Shown here in pieces: positions 26,432 through 39,827 of a stretch of 64,000 bases of DNA (its first letter is position 1; each line of letters starts with the position of its first letter). Location of the stretch: contig MU053559.1 in assembly GCA_013239625.1 (NCBI GenBank), forward strand, positions 806,001 to 870,000, written 5' to 3'. The stretch is from Lama guanicoe. Lineage: Eukaryota. The notes beneath the pieces were generated by a model that saw only the letters and a list, made by a program, of their open reading frames with translations, was not told where the DNA came from and ran no database searches. The translations under genes were made by a program, and so were the position numbers.

Positions 26432-29175
26432 CCAAGGACCAAGACCAATGTGTATTCACGTGGGAAGGCCTTTGATATACATTGGCAGTACTCTCCCAGG
26501 GGTGATGAGAGTACGTTGGAGTTTCACACCAGTGAGTGGGTCAGGCTTTAGTGAGACTGCCCCTACCCTCTGCATACAGGTAAAGTCCTCTCGGTTAGAG
26601 AGAAGGTTAGGTCTCAATGGCTCTGTCCACAGTATCATCACCCCTTTGCCATCAGAGGTGGCTGGTAAACCCTGACAAAATTCAAGGGAAGGGTCTGGGA
26701 CCTCTGGGTGGATTCACAATAATCTATCCCTCTCGCAATCAATGAAAAACTTCTATGTCTTTGAACCCCACACCAAAAAGGAAGCCCAGCATCACACTGG
26801 ACTCTCTGGGAATGGGAGACAGAATGTGCCTCTCCTGGATGTCTTACTTGATCCTTTATATTAGCCAAACCACAAACAATGTCCTTTGAGTGGGGCGCAA
26901 ACCAAAAGACAGAGTAGGATGCTGTCTGGCAAGCTGAGGTGCATTTTCTGCTCCCTATCTTCAGGGTCCCCAAAGCCTAAACAACCCTGCTGAGCTACCA
27001 GTCTGTGTAACCGATGATGCTGCCTATTGGGGCCACTAGCAAAGGGAGGCAGCCTCCACTCGGAAAAGCCCCTTGGGGTACCGCCTTTGTAATCTTCCTT
27101 ACACAGCTACTAGCTACAGCCCCTTGGGAAAAGCAGCTATTAGCTTGCTATTGGGCCCTTGTCCAAACTGAACACCTGACCCCTGGAGGCCCTGCAAACT
27201 CTCCAGGCCTGACAGTCCCATTTGGAGGTAGGTCAATTCAGACTCAATCACCAGTGAGGTGGGAAGGACCCAACAAGCCTCGCCTGTCAAAAGGAAAGAG
27301 TATATTCAAGAGCATAGCTGGGCTGGCTCCAGCAGCATCTTGGCTTTATGTGAAAATAGGACAGCTAACTCTTTGGAGGAAAATTTATCTCCCATTTGGC
27401 AAACCATGGAGCAAGGTTGCTGGGCTTAATGGGGCCCTCAGTTCACAGATGATCCCTCAAGTGCCTGGACCTGATCCACTAATGACTGGGCTAAGGTGGA
27501 ATCTAATAGTTTCCACTGGGCTATGCAGCTGTTTGACCTTAGAATATTTTTTTTATTTAAATGGAGGTACTGGGGATTGAACCCAGGACCTCGTGCACGC
27601 ACTCTACCACTGAGCTATTCTCCCCACCACCTTAGCAAAATTTAGAATGGATGTAGGCGCTCCTCTCAGCAGGCAGAACTCAAGGCTATTCTTCTTACAA
27701 TTCTGGCCAATATTCCCTTTGATATTTATTAACTCTTGAGCTATTGCCAGTGTCCAGCTGTGCAGACTCCCACTTGGAAGACTACAGGCTGGGATTGGAC
27801 AGGCCTCTTTGGTATCATGGACTGTGGAAACAAATCACAGCTATTAATTGAATGGTCTGGGTCACCCACATAGGTGTCCATGGTAAGGGTCCATTCTCTG
27901 ATGACACTGACTGGAGTCAGGTTGCTATGGAGCCTTCAGTGCCCAGATTACTGCTATTGCTTTTCTTCATCCATCGTCCCACAAACATGTCAACACAGTC
28001 ATCATCATGGATTGGGCACAAATGACAAGACTCCACCTTTCTGATGCAGAGGCTGCCATTGCATGCCAAACTGTGACTCCTTCCAAAAGATGACCCACTG
28101 GGATGCACATAGCATGAAGTATGGGCCTGTCTGCTCCTGGCAAACCGCCTCACACCTTAAGAGCCTGCTCTCAGGGATTTCACCACTGTTGCACTATTGC
28201 CAACATTTTTTTCAGGTTGAACTGCTGCTGTTTCAGTCTGTTCAGCTGACTCCAGCCACACCATTGTGGCTCTTAGAATTCAGCTGTGTCAGGTTTTCAG
28301 CTTTCTGGACTATTTATTGGCAGCCTGAAAATGGTCCGCCTTTTACTGCAAAAGCTGTGTAATGATAGGCTGATGGTCAAGGTATTTGATAAGACCTCCA
28401 CACTCTCTACCATCTACCGGCATCTGGTATTGCTGAGTGATGGAATGACCTCCTCAAAAATGGACTCGAGATGGGTAGTTATAGCTCAATGGCAGACAGT
28501 GTGCTTGGCATTTGGGAGGTCCTGGGTTCAATCTCCAGTATCTCCACTTTAAAAAAAAATGTTAATGGATTCAAAAGGATTTCAGAATCTACCACTCTCA
28601 CCTCCACCTGGTCCACACACCCTAGTTAGGGAGTTTGGTCAATGACAATGTCTGTCCCCAGAGAGGAATCATCTCGCTTCAGCTGCACCCTGGGTAATTA
28701 ATGATCAGAACAAAAGGTGTTAGGGGTTAGATGGATGTATTTTGACAATTTGGGATCCTCTATTGAACATGCCTGGGTATAATCTTTCTTTCACCTAGCA
28801 AGCCCAGACTAGCCTGGCTGGTAACCCTCTGGGCGGCAGCCCAGCCAGAAGGGAGGCAGCCTAAGAGACTGACATTTAATTCTGGTTCAGCTACCTGGAT
28901 TGTTTGGTTGGACCGACACTGTTCTAGATCATAAAGATAATTATTATTTGGCTCGGTACACTGCTTACTATGTCCCCCTACAGTGACCCACATGGGCCAT
29001 TCAGATGAAAGGTCTGGGAACTGGTAGGAGATCACTGGGAGGTTGTGGGGAGGAGGTGAATTTATAGCTATTAGAACGGGCCATAATGATTTTGTGTCAG
29101 GAGAGGATGCACAACAACACAGAACCTGAAGAGGAAACACCTTAGACTCCAGGAGGTCCAGGAAAGGGAGGGACA
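26432..29175 (+). mobile_element. ERVL (class III) internal pol segment, decayed; SINEs at about 27545-27630 (-) and 28470-28560 (+)
   Basis: DQCVFTWEG..YT..L.QG, PDKIQG, FEWG, PWEKQLLACYWALVQTEHLT motifs. Confidence 0.8.
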
Positions 29176-30194
29176 TTCATCATCTTTGTCTTTCAGAACC
29201 ACCCCTGAAGCCTTCCTCACAAAGGAAAATGCCCTGGTATATCGCCCCCAAACTGTAGCAAGGACCTTACATTTTACTGGCTGTTAGATCCTCCAATACC
29301 TGCAACTGGATGTTATCACCATTCCCTTTAATCTTGAGAAGTCTAAAAGGAACAGCAAGGAGGACCCCAGCTCCTGCATTTCACATGCAAAACACCTGTC
29401 AACACCTCCAAATGTCTCCTTGAACCCCTTCCCTTGGCCATTGCTCAATCATTCTGTAGGGCAGAAGAATGCCACGTGGCTGGTAGCATGGACATATATA
29501 TATAGGACTAGACTCATATAGACAAGACTCAGAACCCTTGACAATGATGAACTTCACCTGAACCCTGAAAAGTGACAGCTAAGAAATCCCCCCACCTGTC
29601 TGTGTTCCTCTTCAAGAAATGCCTTACGACACAGAACCATTCTTCCCACGTGACTCAGATAAACCTAGCTGTCCACTCTTTCCTGTGACCCCCATAGGAC
29701 TTGCAAACGACTCCCTTTTTCACTGGTGACAAGGTCAAATGCAGACCTTTCTCCTTTTGCCTGAATCTGTGGAGAAGCCAGACACAGGCTCTCCAACTCC
29801 CCATTCTCTGTCTCATGAATGATTAACTGAGATTAGAAATTTGTGCCCATGTATGTATATGTAAGACTGAAACTTTACGCTGTACACCAGAAATTGACAC
29901 AACATTGTAAATTGACTATACTTCAATTTTTTAAAAAATGATAGAGAAAAGTACAAAAACAAAAGAAAGTTGTGCCCCTTAAACAAGCTGGACACAGAGA
30001 TAAACACTGTATTTTCAGCTGTCTGAGACTTCCTCTGACTGCAGAAACAACTCCACCTGTGAATCTCCACAATGTGACTTGTCTCCTCCTCTCTTTGGAA
30101 GTACAAGACCAAACCACCCGGCTGACACAGTCTGATCTTCAGATCTGGGGTGTTTCCCCAATTGCAACAGCCGGAAGAAAATCAATTTCAAGAT

Positions 30195-30600
30195 GGGATT
30201 AGACTGAGGCCTTCATATAGGTGCCTTTATAAGGAGAAACATGTGGGAGAGGATATAGCTCAAGTGGTAGAGCACATGCTTAGCATGCACGAGGTCCTGG
30301 GTTCAATTCCCAGCCCTCCCTCTAAAAATAAATAAACCTAATTGCCCCCCCAACAAATTAATAAAAATAAACAAATTTTAAAAGGAGAAATCTCACAGAG
30401 TTTGCTCTCACTCTGTCTGCAATCCCCCTCTGCCCACGCACAAAGAGATCACCTGAAGACAGCAAGATGGTAGCCGCCTGCAGCCAAGAAGAGGGCTCTC
30501 ACCAAGACCAGACCTCAGCACCATGAGAAAAACAAATCTGTGTTGTTTAAGCCACCTAGACGAACGTATTTTGTTACAGCAGCCCGAGCTGACTAAGACA
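30195..30600 (+). mobile_element. MLT1A/MST-like LTR containing a SINE (about 30246-30380)
   Basis: Ends TTGTTTAAGCCACC..TATTTTGTTACAGCAGCCCGAGCTGACTAAGACA. Confidence 0.75.
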
Positions 30601-30699
30601 TCCTCTATATATTTCATAAGATTATATATGTTTTCTCCTTAAAACATACTTATGTAAAATATTTCAATGTTTATAGATGTGATTTATTTTTGCTAGCTT

Positions 30700-33600
30700 T
30701 TTACTTTTTCAGTGAATTCTCTGCAGCTGCATAATACTATAAACTCTAATATAGCAAAGCTTTATAGAGTATTATTTTTTGCTTGATCAAGGGTAGGTTA
30801 AAATAGCTAGCGGTAGAGTTAACTATTTCTGCTAGTTTTTATTTTACACAATTTAAGGGTATATTATTAGCTATCAATGTATTGATGATTTTTATAAATC
30901 TTAGTATTTTACCGTTTGAACCATTGCCTTCATCTCTTGTGATGTTTTTACCTTCCGTTCCCTCTGGTCTGATATTGAAAATGCAGCCCCATATTTCTGT
31001 TGGTTCTTGTTTGCCAAGTCTATGATTTTCTATCCCTTTACTTTCACATTTTCTGGGTTTTTTACTTTTAAGTGTAGCTCATATTTATAAAATAATGCTG
31101 GACCTTGGAAAGTTTTTGGTTGTTGTTTTTTCTATCTAATCTGAGAATCTGTTTCTTTTAATGAATGATTTTAACCCATTTACAATGTGTAATTACTATA
31201 ACACTAGGACTAATCTCTGATATTTATATATTTCTTTGGGTCTCTTTTAATCTCCTTGACAGATCAAATTTTTGGTGTTTCCCCACTTAATGCTCATTTG
31301 AAAATTATCCATTCTATTTATATTCTTCTGTTCACCTATTGCAGCATAAGACCATTAACTATACACGTGTTTGTCTAACAAGGTCCATCAATGCCTATAT
31401 CCTTCTGCACAAGAATAAGAGGAACACAGGATTTTTTATTTTTCCTTTCACTCACTCGCCAACTACCTCTTGTGTGTATAACTGCAATTTTGGTTCCAAT
31501 TTGTAACAATACACATTTGTATATATTTGCATTGTATTTTTTCATTCAGATAATAGAAATAAGCACTGATATCACAAGTATATTTGAAGAAAACGTTATC
31601 ACATTAATGGGAAATGCAAAGATTACTTGAAAAAACACAGACATACCCTGTTCTTTAATAGTAAATCTGAATGATCATAAAGAGACATATGGCCCTACAT
31701 TAAAATATAAATTTAATGCAGACTCACTGACAAGAGGATTATTTTAAAATTTTGGTAAGCTGATTACAAATTGTGTACAGAAAATAAAACAATCAAGAAA
31801 ATAGTAAATTTCTGAAAAAGAAGTGTAATCAGAGACTTAGCCCTATTCTCTGTAAGAATAAATTATAAATGTAGAGGCATTGGAATAATAAAGATTATGA
31901 CTATTAGAGCAATAGAACAGGATAAGGTCCATAAATATACTCAGAGTTATATATTAGAATATATATATACTAATGTAGTGTTGCATGTTAGTGGGGAAAA
32001 ATAGGTTATTCAATAAATGGTGTTAAGACAAATGTGTAGGCATTTTAAGGAAAATGAAGACTGAGCCCTGGCTAAGGACTTACAACAACCAAAACTCCAG
32101 ATAGTCACAGAAGTAAAAGCAAAACTAAAAACACAAAAGTACTGAAAAGAACGTGCAGGCATTTATTTTTCCAAATATAGCTGAGCAATGGCGAAAGCCT
32201 TCTACTTAAGAAACAAAACTTTGAGGACATAAAAAACTGATGAGCACAATTAAGCGAAATGCAGGGAGAAAAAGCCAGAATTTTCATTTAAAAGACAAAT
32301 GAGAAATTGAGGGGAAATATTTGGGACAAAGAGCTACTGTCAATGTATAAACAGCAACAACCTAATAGAAAAATGGGCAAAGGAACTTTTAAAAACAGCT
32401 CAGGAAAAAATAAGTAGCTCTTTAATCACAATTATAAATATTCAGTCTCAGCCATAATAAGGGAAATGCACATTAAATCTGCACTGAGATACCTACCATG
32501 TTTTAGCCTATAACATGGGCCAAAAAGAAAACGAACGTGACAAGACACTGTTCTGTCTTGGGTATGGTGAAAACAGACATTCTTACACAATTGATACAAC
32601 CCACAAAGAAGGTCATTTTGCTATATCTATCAAAAATGAAAATGCATATATATCGTTTGTCCTGATAACTCCATTTGCAGAAATTTCTCTTTCAACATAC
32701 TCCCTCTTGTGTTAACTGAAATATGTACATTGCAGCATCGTTTGTACTGGCAAAAGACTGGATATCTTAAATGTTTATTTACAGGGGGCTGGTTATATTT
32801 TGGTATGTCCACATAATGGAATATGATTCATCCTTTAAAAAGGATGAGGCAATTCATTACATCTACTGTCATTTAATGAGCAGCAAGATTTATGGTTAAA
32901 TGAGAAAAATATTGGAAGTTCAAAAATGGATATAGCAGAGTATGTGTGTGTACGTTGTGTGTGCACGTGTGTGTGTGTGTGTGTGTATGTGTGTTTGCAG
33001 ATGCACTTGGAAAGGGTATATGGGAGACTGGGGTCAAAACTGGAGGGTATGCATTATTTTCCTTTTCAGAAGATTTTTATGAAATAAAAATTCATGCAAA
33101 AATTCATCAAACATAAATATTTGGCTTAACTAATTACTCAAGGTAAATACCTACCTAATTCCCACTCTAGTCTGGAAACAGACCACTGCCAGCCCTTTGC
33201 CCAAAAGCCTTCCTCATGCCTCTTTCCCTGCCTCCCCCAGCTCCCCCAACAATCATGGAAACCACAATCCTGCCTCTGATGGTAAGCACTTGCTTTTGAG
33301 TTTAAGCACCTAACCATACACCCCTGTACAATATGGTTTTATTTTGCTTGTCTTAAAACTTTACATAAATTAAAACCATACGAATTATCTTGTGTCTGGA
33401 TTCTTTCATGAAATATGTTCAATTTATGTTCATTCTACTATTGATGGGGATTTAAGTTATTTCTAGTTTCTGGCTGTTACAAGTAATGCTACAGCATTTA
33501 TACATGTGTCCTGGTACATTAGCCGAGGATGTCTCTTGGGTATTTTCCTAGGAGAATTATTTCTTCATATGAGCTCCGGATGCTTTGATGAAGAAGGCTA

Positions 33601-34200
33601 AAATGTTTTCCAAAGAGACTGTGCCAATCTACACTCCCACCAGCAGCATATGAACTGCTGATATGAGCTAATGTATCAGCAGCTGCATGTGCTGATTGGT
33701 TACATGTGCTGAAATGAGCATATGAGCTGCTGATATGGCTCCTCATCCTCGCTAACACTTGTCATTGTCAGTCTTCTTAATTTTAGCCATTCTGGTGGGA
33801 GTGTAGTGGTGTTACATTGTGGGCTAACTTTTGCATTTCCCTAACGACTAAAGAGACTGAGTACCATCTCAGACTTTTCTTAGCCATTCAGATATCTTCT
33901 TTTGTTACACACCTATTCAATTAAGGCCCATGACTACCGGGTCATCTGCTTTTTCTTATTGTTTTCTTGTTCTTTACCCATCCTGGGTGTAAGTCCTCTG
34001 TTGTCTATCTCTTCTCCCACTCTGTTGCTTGTGACTTCCTTCTCAATGAAAGTAATTATCATAAAAGTCAGGAGAGAAGTTATATTGGGGAGTAGGGGGA
34101 TTCTGGAATGCTGACTATGGACACTTTCTAGACCTACACAGTGAAAAGTCACTGAGCTGTATGTGTCTGTTTTGCACACTTTTCTGTATATATGTTATAT
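30700..34200. mobile_element. Ancient L1ME-like fragments in both orientations
   Basis: Degraded L1 ORF2 and 3' motifs (AATAAATGGTGTT, GAAAAATGGGCAAAGG, GGGAAATGCA.ATTAAA, TTTTAGCCATTCTGGTGG). Confidence 0.6.
32940..32995. repeat. (TG)n microsatellite
   Basis: Seen directly. Confidence 0.9.
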
Positions 34201-34237
34201 TTAACCATGAAACATTTTTTAAAAGAGAGGCTTAGCA

Positions 34238-34325
34238 GGGAGGGCATAGCTCAGTGGTAGAGTGCATAGTTAGCATGCATGAGTTCCTGGGTTCAATACT
34301 CAGTACCCTCGTTAAAAATAAGAAT
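34238..34325 (+). mobile_element. tRNA-Ala-derived SINE
   Basis: GGGCATAGCTCAGTGGTAGAGTGCATAGTTAGCATGCATGAGTTCCTGGGTTCAATAC. Confidence 0.85.
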
Positions 34326-34819
34326 ACTACCATAAAAAAGACAGACTTAATCTATGACCCATTAACCCTACCCTTATGTATCAGGTCAAGAGAGGGGTGT
34401 ACACCTGTACATTACAAGACATGAACAAAAACGTTCATGGCAACATTGTTTATAATTCATAGTCTATTTCACCAAACTTGAAAGTGGGCCACCTTTTGTG
34501 AAATTAAAAGGAGAAGAATAAGAATGTGGTCTCAGTGGCTTTTATTTGCATAAAGAAACTCATGCAAGGAAAACTAATTTGGTTATGTGTATTAAAGAGA
34601 AGTGAACAGACAGGGGAAAGACGGGTAAGCAAATTTAGACTATACAGCTTTTATATTTTAAATTTTATATATATATTTTAACTTTCATTTTTGAGCCATG
34701 TGTCTGTATTATTATTTAAAAATTAAATTGAAAAACTATTACGAATATCCTTACAGTGATAAGATGCTGCCTCCATAAAACAAAAATAGCACACTATTAC
34801 AAGGGAATATTCTGAAAAG

Positions 34820-35525
34820 AGAAAACAGTATGGAGATTCCTCAAAAGACTAGGAATAGGCTTACCATGTGACCCAGGAATCCTGCTCCTGGACATCTATC
34901 CACAAGGAACCCTACTTCAAAATGACACCTGCACCCCAATATTCACAGCAGCACTATTTACAATAGCCAAGACATGGAAACAGCCTAAATGTCCATCAAC
35001 AGATGACTGGATAAAGAAGCTGTGGTATATTTATACAACGGAATACTATTCAGTCATAAAAACCAACAACATAACACCATTTGCAGCAACATGGATGTTC
35101 CCGGAGAATGTCATTCTAAGTGAAGTAAGCCAGAAAGAGAAAGAAAAATACCATATGAGATTGCTCATATGTGGAATCTAAAAAAGAAAAGTGAACATAA
35201 ATACAAAACAGAAACAGACTCATAGACATAGAATACAAATTTGTGGTTGCCAAGGGGGCGAGAGGTGGGAAGGGACAGACTGGGATTTCAAAATTTGTAG
35301 ATACTGACAGGCATATGCAGAACAGATAAACAAGATTATACTGTATAGCACAGGGAAATATATACAAGATCTTGTGGTAGCTCACAGTGAAAAAAAAATG
35401 TGACAATGAATATATGTATCTTCATGTGTAACTGAAAAATTGTGCTCTACACTGGAATTTGACACAACATTGTAAAATGACTATAACTCAACAAAAAATG
35501 TAAAAAAAATAAAATAAAATATAAA
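34820..35525 (+). mobile_element. L1 3' end
   Basis: ORF2 C-terminus, 3'UTR and A-rich tail. Confidence 0.9.
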
Positions 35526-36708
35526 CAGATGCATGGTGGTTATCATAACTGATGCCATCTTGGGCCTGTTCGGTTCCTCCTGTCCTTCCACTGAACCGAC
35601 GTAGGGCTGTATTGTGTAGTGAGTCTCTCCTCTGCCATCAAGGGCTTTGCAGTTAATAGATATTGTTTAATGATTGTTAGGTCCAGTGGCCTCTATGCTC
35701 TGTTAGTCTCTAAACAATAATGAAGACCTTCACTGACGTATCACCAGGCCCATGAGACTAGTTACCCATTCATAAATCCTGACTTAGGAATGCATTTCCT
35801 GCTCCTAAGCACCTACCCTGATACCCTAGGTTAACTATAAAATTGTCCAAATGGTCCCTCACCTGTGCAGAGCGCAGCTGTGAATGCTTCCGGATCACTG
35901 ACCACCCGATCCCACCCCGTAAGTTACTCTATAATAATAAACTGATCCATTGGTTATATGGAGCTTCCTGCCTCATTTTTCGGTCTCGTGGGCACTGTAC
36001 ATTCCCTCCATCCTCCAACAATACAGAACAGTGTTAACGAGAGACACAGGAGACTTGGGAGATCAAGGTTTTTTTTTTTAACTACTAGAAAAGAGAGCGA
36101 AAGAAAGAGAACTGGAAATCAGCAGAACGAAGAATTTTAAAGATGGAGGATCAACAAGTTTTTAAAAAGCAGAGAAAATGTATGTGTGAATAGAAAAGAA
36201 CTAGACTAGAAACAGGCTTATAAAACTCGGCACAAAAATGATTTCCAAACTAGAATTCTATACCAGCCAAAAAGATAAATTTAGTGTCAGGGTCAAATAA
36301 GTATATTTCCATGGCATTTATTACTTTTTGATTTCTATAAATGTATTTATACAATTACATATATTATATGAATATACTTTACATGACATTTCCAGACATG
36401 CAAAGCTTCATAAAGTCCACCTGTCACACATCCATTCTCAAGGATATACTGGAGGATGTGCTCCCACAAAATGAGGGGGTAAACCAATAAAGAGGAAGAC
36501 ACAGGATACAGGAAACAGGAGGGAAGACATAGGATCCCCAGGAAAGGGAAGCTGACACAAGACAGAGGTAAAAAGGATTTACTGGGGAATGGCAAACAGA
36601 AGACTCCAAGGTCATAGCTGTGTGTGAAGCTGAGAGGTCAACCAGACCAGCCTTCAGCAAGTCAACAAGGTCCAGGAGAGATTTCTTTAAAGAGAAGACA
36701 TTGATAAG

Positions 36709-37010
36709 GGGTGGAGTATAGCTCAGCAGTAGAGCATACACTTGGCATGCACAAGGTCCTGGGCTCAATCCCCAGTATCTCCGTTAAAAAAAAGATTACC
36801 AGGAGAAGACACTGATGCCCAAAGTTGAGATAGCCTCCCCTATCGCTAGCTGTGTTAACTTGGGCCAAATAGTTTCTGTCTATGCCCCAGTTTTCCCCTC
36901 TATAAAATGGACATAACAACAGCACCTACTTCTCGAGGTCGTTATGAGATGAGTTAGCATATGTACTGTGTGTGTGTAACAGTGCTGGGCACATAGTAAA
37001 TATTATACGA
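36709..37010. mobile_element. tRNA-derived SINE (36709-36795, +) followed by a MIR fragment (about 36840-37010)
   Basis: A/B boxes; MIR core CAGTTTTCCCCTCTATAAAATGG..ATAACA..GTTATGAGATGAGTTA. Confidence 0.75.
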
Positions 37011-37469
37011 GTGTTTATAATTATAGTCACTATGATTATTACCTAATATGTCTGAATATACAGAGAGGAGACTTAAACAGCTGGAAAGAATTTGGAGTTG
37101 AATTATTGATATGTATATAGTGAAGCAAAGAAACAACGAAACCAGAAAATGGTTAATTCCAGGGAAAAGAAAAAGTTGCACAGAAAAAAAAAAGAAAACG
37201 TTTTACAGAAATAGTAACCACGCATGGATACTGCATGACTCACCTATAAACACGCTAATAAACACTGAGGGTAGATTTGATCAAAACAATGGTAGAAACA
37301 AATGTGTACGTGAGTGCAGATGCATGGAAAAGCTAAATATCCACCTTCTAGAGTGGAAAGTCAATAGATAATGCCCAAAACTAAAAAAAAAAAAAAAAGA
37401 ATCCATTAAAAAGATTAAGAGTGCTTGCTTCCAGGGAGCTGGAATTTGAGAGACACAAAAGCAGAGAAG

Positions 37470-37755
37470 AGAAAACAAACTTACGGTTACCAGTGCGGGG
37501 GAGGGGGTGGGAAGGTATAAATTAGGAGTTGGAGATTTGCAGATACTAACTACTATATATAAAATAGATAAACGACAAGTTTACACTGTATAGCACAGGG
37601 AACCACATTCAATATCTTATAGTAACCTATGGTGAAGAATATGAGAACGAACGTGTGTATGTTCCTATGTGACTGAAGCATTGTGCTGTACACCAGAAAT
37701 TGACACAACATTGTAAACTGACTGTACTTCAATAAAATATATTTTTTAAAAAACA
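37470..37755 (+). mobile_element. L1 3'UTR fragment
   Basis: AACTTACGGTTACCAG..CTGTATAGCACAGGGAA..CTTCAATAAAA. Confidence 0.9.
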
Positions 37756-38129
37756 AAAAAAGCAGGGAAGAGACATTTTTAAAGACTTAGAGAACTGACA
37801 TCTTTTGCCACTTGTGAATAAAACTAGAAACTAATTTCAAATTAGGGTGGCAAAAAATATTCACAAAAATATACAAGAATGATAAAGGGTTATTAACCTT
37901 AATATTTTTAAAAAAAATCTCTTTAAAAATCCGTAAGCTAAGATAAATAAATCAGCAATGGACAGGAGAAGAGAAGGAAATTCACAGACAGGAAATGAAT
38001 CACCCACCATAAAAATCCTGATTATGCTGCCTGGCTAAAAAAAAAAAAAAGTCATACACATCAAAATAATGCGACTATCTTTCATTCTGGATGAATTCCT
38101 GCTACTGGGCGCCTCTTCCTCCTCCTTAC

Positions 38130-38201
38130 CTCACAGGAGCTGTCAGGTCCCTCTGTAGTCAGGGCCACGGATGGCCCAGGAGAGCTCTGATCGGCAGGCA
38201 T
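38130..38201 (-). CDS. ZNF81: ZNF81 first coding exon (whole exon 38130-38375)
   Basis: gaccATG then MPADQSSPGPSVALTTEGPDSSCE; phase-0 donor GAG|gtaagg splices in frame to the KRAB-A exon (..[11 protein letters not shown], as in ZNF81); acceptor tctttccag| at 38375. Confidence 0.85.
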
Positions 38202-38784
38202 GGTCACGCAGGGCCTCAGCCCTCAGGCTCTCTTGTGGACAATTCTGATCTTCCCAGGAGCCCAAGAATAGGTGGGCACCTGTGGATTCAGCCAGAGCTT
38301 CTGGGGCCAGAAGGAAGATCCTGTAGCCTTCACTACGGGGTCTGACCCAGCGGCTCCTCAGAGACTCCAAGAAACCTGGAAAGACAGTGTCCACATGGTC
38401 AGTCACTCAGCGTTCACCCCACAAGCGCTTCCTGGGAGGGCACTGGACACTGTGGAGCAGATAAAGCCAGGCCAACACCTATTGGAGTTATTCATCAAGT
38501 TGGAATATGAGTGAGACCGTGAGATTTAGACTAAAATTAATAAAGGCTTAAATTTTAGCTCTGCCAACTTTTAGCTACTTTTAGCACCAGATTGGCCCAG
38601 GTGAACATTTAATTCATATTAGCAAGTATCGTTATTACAGGGAATCATGTAATGTGTCGAAGGAGGTCCCTCATTTAATTTGCACAACAATCATGTCACC
38701 TCTGTGTTGTTCTTTGGCACATCATCTTGAAGTGTTTAAAATTTAACTTGTTCATACCTTTCATTTTATTTTATACCTTGAAAT

Positions 38785-39135
38785 CATTATCTTACATGAA
38801 AGAAGCCAGTCACGAAAGACCATATATTTTATGATTCCACTCATATGAAATGTCAGAATAGGCAAATACATAGAGACAGAAAACTGACCAGAAGTTGCCT
38901 AGGGCTAGGAGTGCAGGGTGGAATGAATGATGGATGTCTGCAAACGTGCACAAGGTTTCTTTCTGGCATGTTGAAAATGTTAGTAAAATTAGACTGTGGT
39001 GATGATCGCACAACTCTGTGGATGTACTAAAAACCACGGAATTGTCTACTTTAGAAGGGTGAATTTACAGTACTGAATATATCTGAATAAATCTGTTTTA
39101 TATATCTAAATAAATAAATCTGTTTTAAAAGAAAA
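38785..39135 (+). mobile_element. L1MB-like 3' end
   Basis: GAAAGAAGCCAGTCAC.AAAGACCATATATT.TATGATTCCA..GAAATGT.CAGAATAGGCAAAT. Confidence 0.75.
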
Positions 39136-39289
39136 GAAACACTTTCCTAAATAACCCAGGATCAAAGTCAGAAATCAATACAGAAGCTACACAGTTTTCA
39201 CCCATAGCCATGGAACATGCTAAAGTTGCACACAGAGTGAAATGCATGGCTTCAAATGGCTTTACTTCTAATTAAGAACAAATACAACA

Positions 39290-39742
39290 GGTGCAGACGG
39301 CGTCACCTGGAGCTTGAGCAGCGGCAGATGGTATGGAAGACAATGGCCAAGAACAAACTAAGAGGACAGAGGTCCAGGAATGTTTTCCATATAACCAGCC
39401 AAAAAACGTTAAGGTTAAAAATAAAGCCAAACCAGTTACCACTAATCTTATGAAGATAAACACTTCTTATGTATATGATGTGTGTGATGAAAAAGTTAAT
39501 AGAGTGAACAAAGTTTTTGTAGATACACAAAAGGCATTTGCACATTTCTCAAAAGACCCTCCTCTTGAACCTCTGCAGAAACAGCTGACACCTCAGCAGT
39601 GTCATAAAATTGAACCCGCTAATGTTGATGAAGCTACAAGATTAACGGCTCCGCTGTAATACACTGGTGATGTATCAAATTCCCCCCACCCAAAGGCCAC
39701 TAAATTAAATGTTTTATACATTGAGTAAATAAAGAAATAAAA
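39290..39742 (+). pseudogene. RBIS: Processed retrocopy of RBIS (C8orf59) with a 1-nt frameshift; CDS homology 39343-39659
   Basis: MAKNKLRGQRSRNVFHITSQK, frameshift, then KNKAKPVTTNLMKIN..EKVNRVNKVFV..LEPLQKQL.PQQ..NVDEATRL; intronless; AATAAA at about 39728 and 39736. Confidence 0.85.
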
Positions 39743-39827
39743 CCCCCCAAAAAAGAATTATGTGTTCAACCTAAATCATCAGAAGTAGGAAAAACAAAAT
39801 TAAGCAGTAGTGATTCATTAAAACCTT

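Noticed and set aside
27014..27580. 188-aa ORF
   Set aside because: Frameshifted ERVL pol remnant running into a SINE
30246..30320. tRNA-Ala(AGC)-like sequences (about 10 copies in the window) as tRNA genes
   Set aside because: Diverged copies with AT-rich tails and, in some cases, TSDs; these are SINEs
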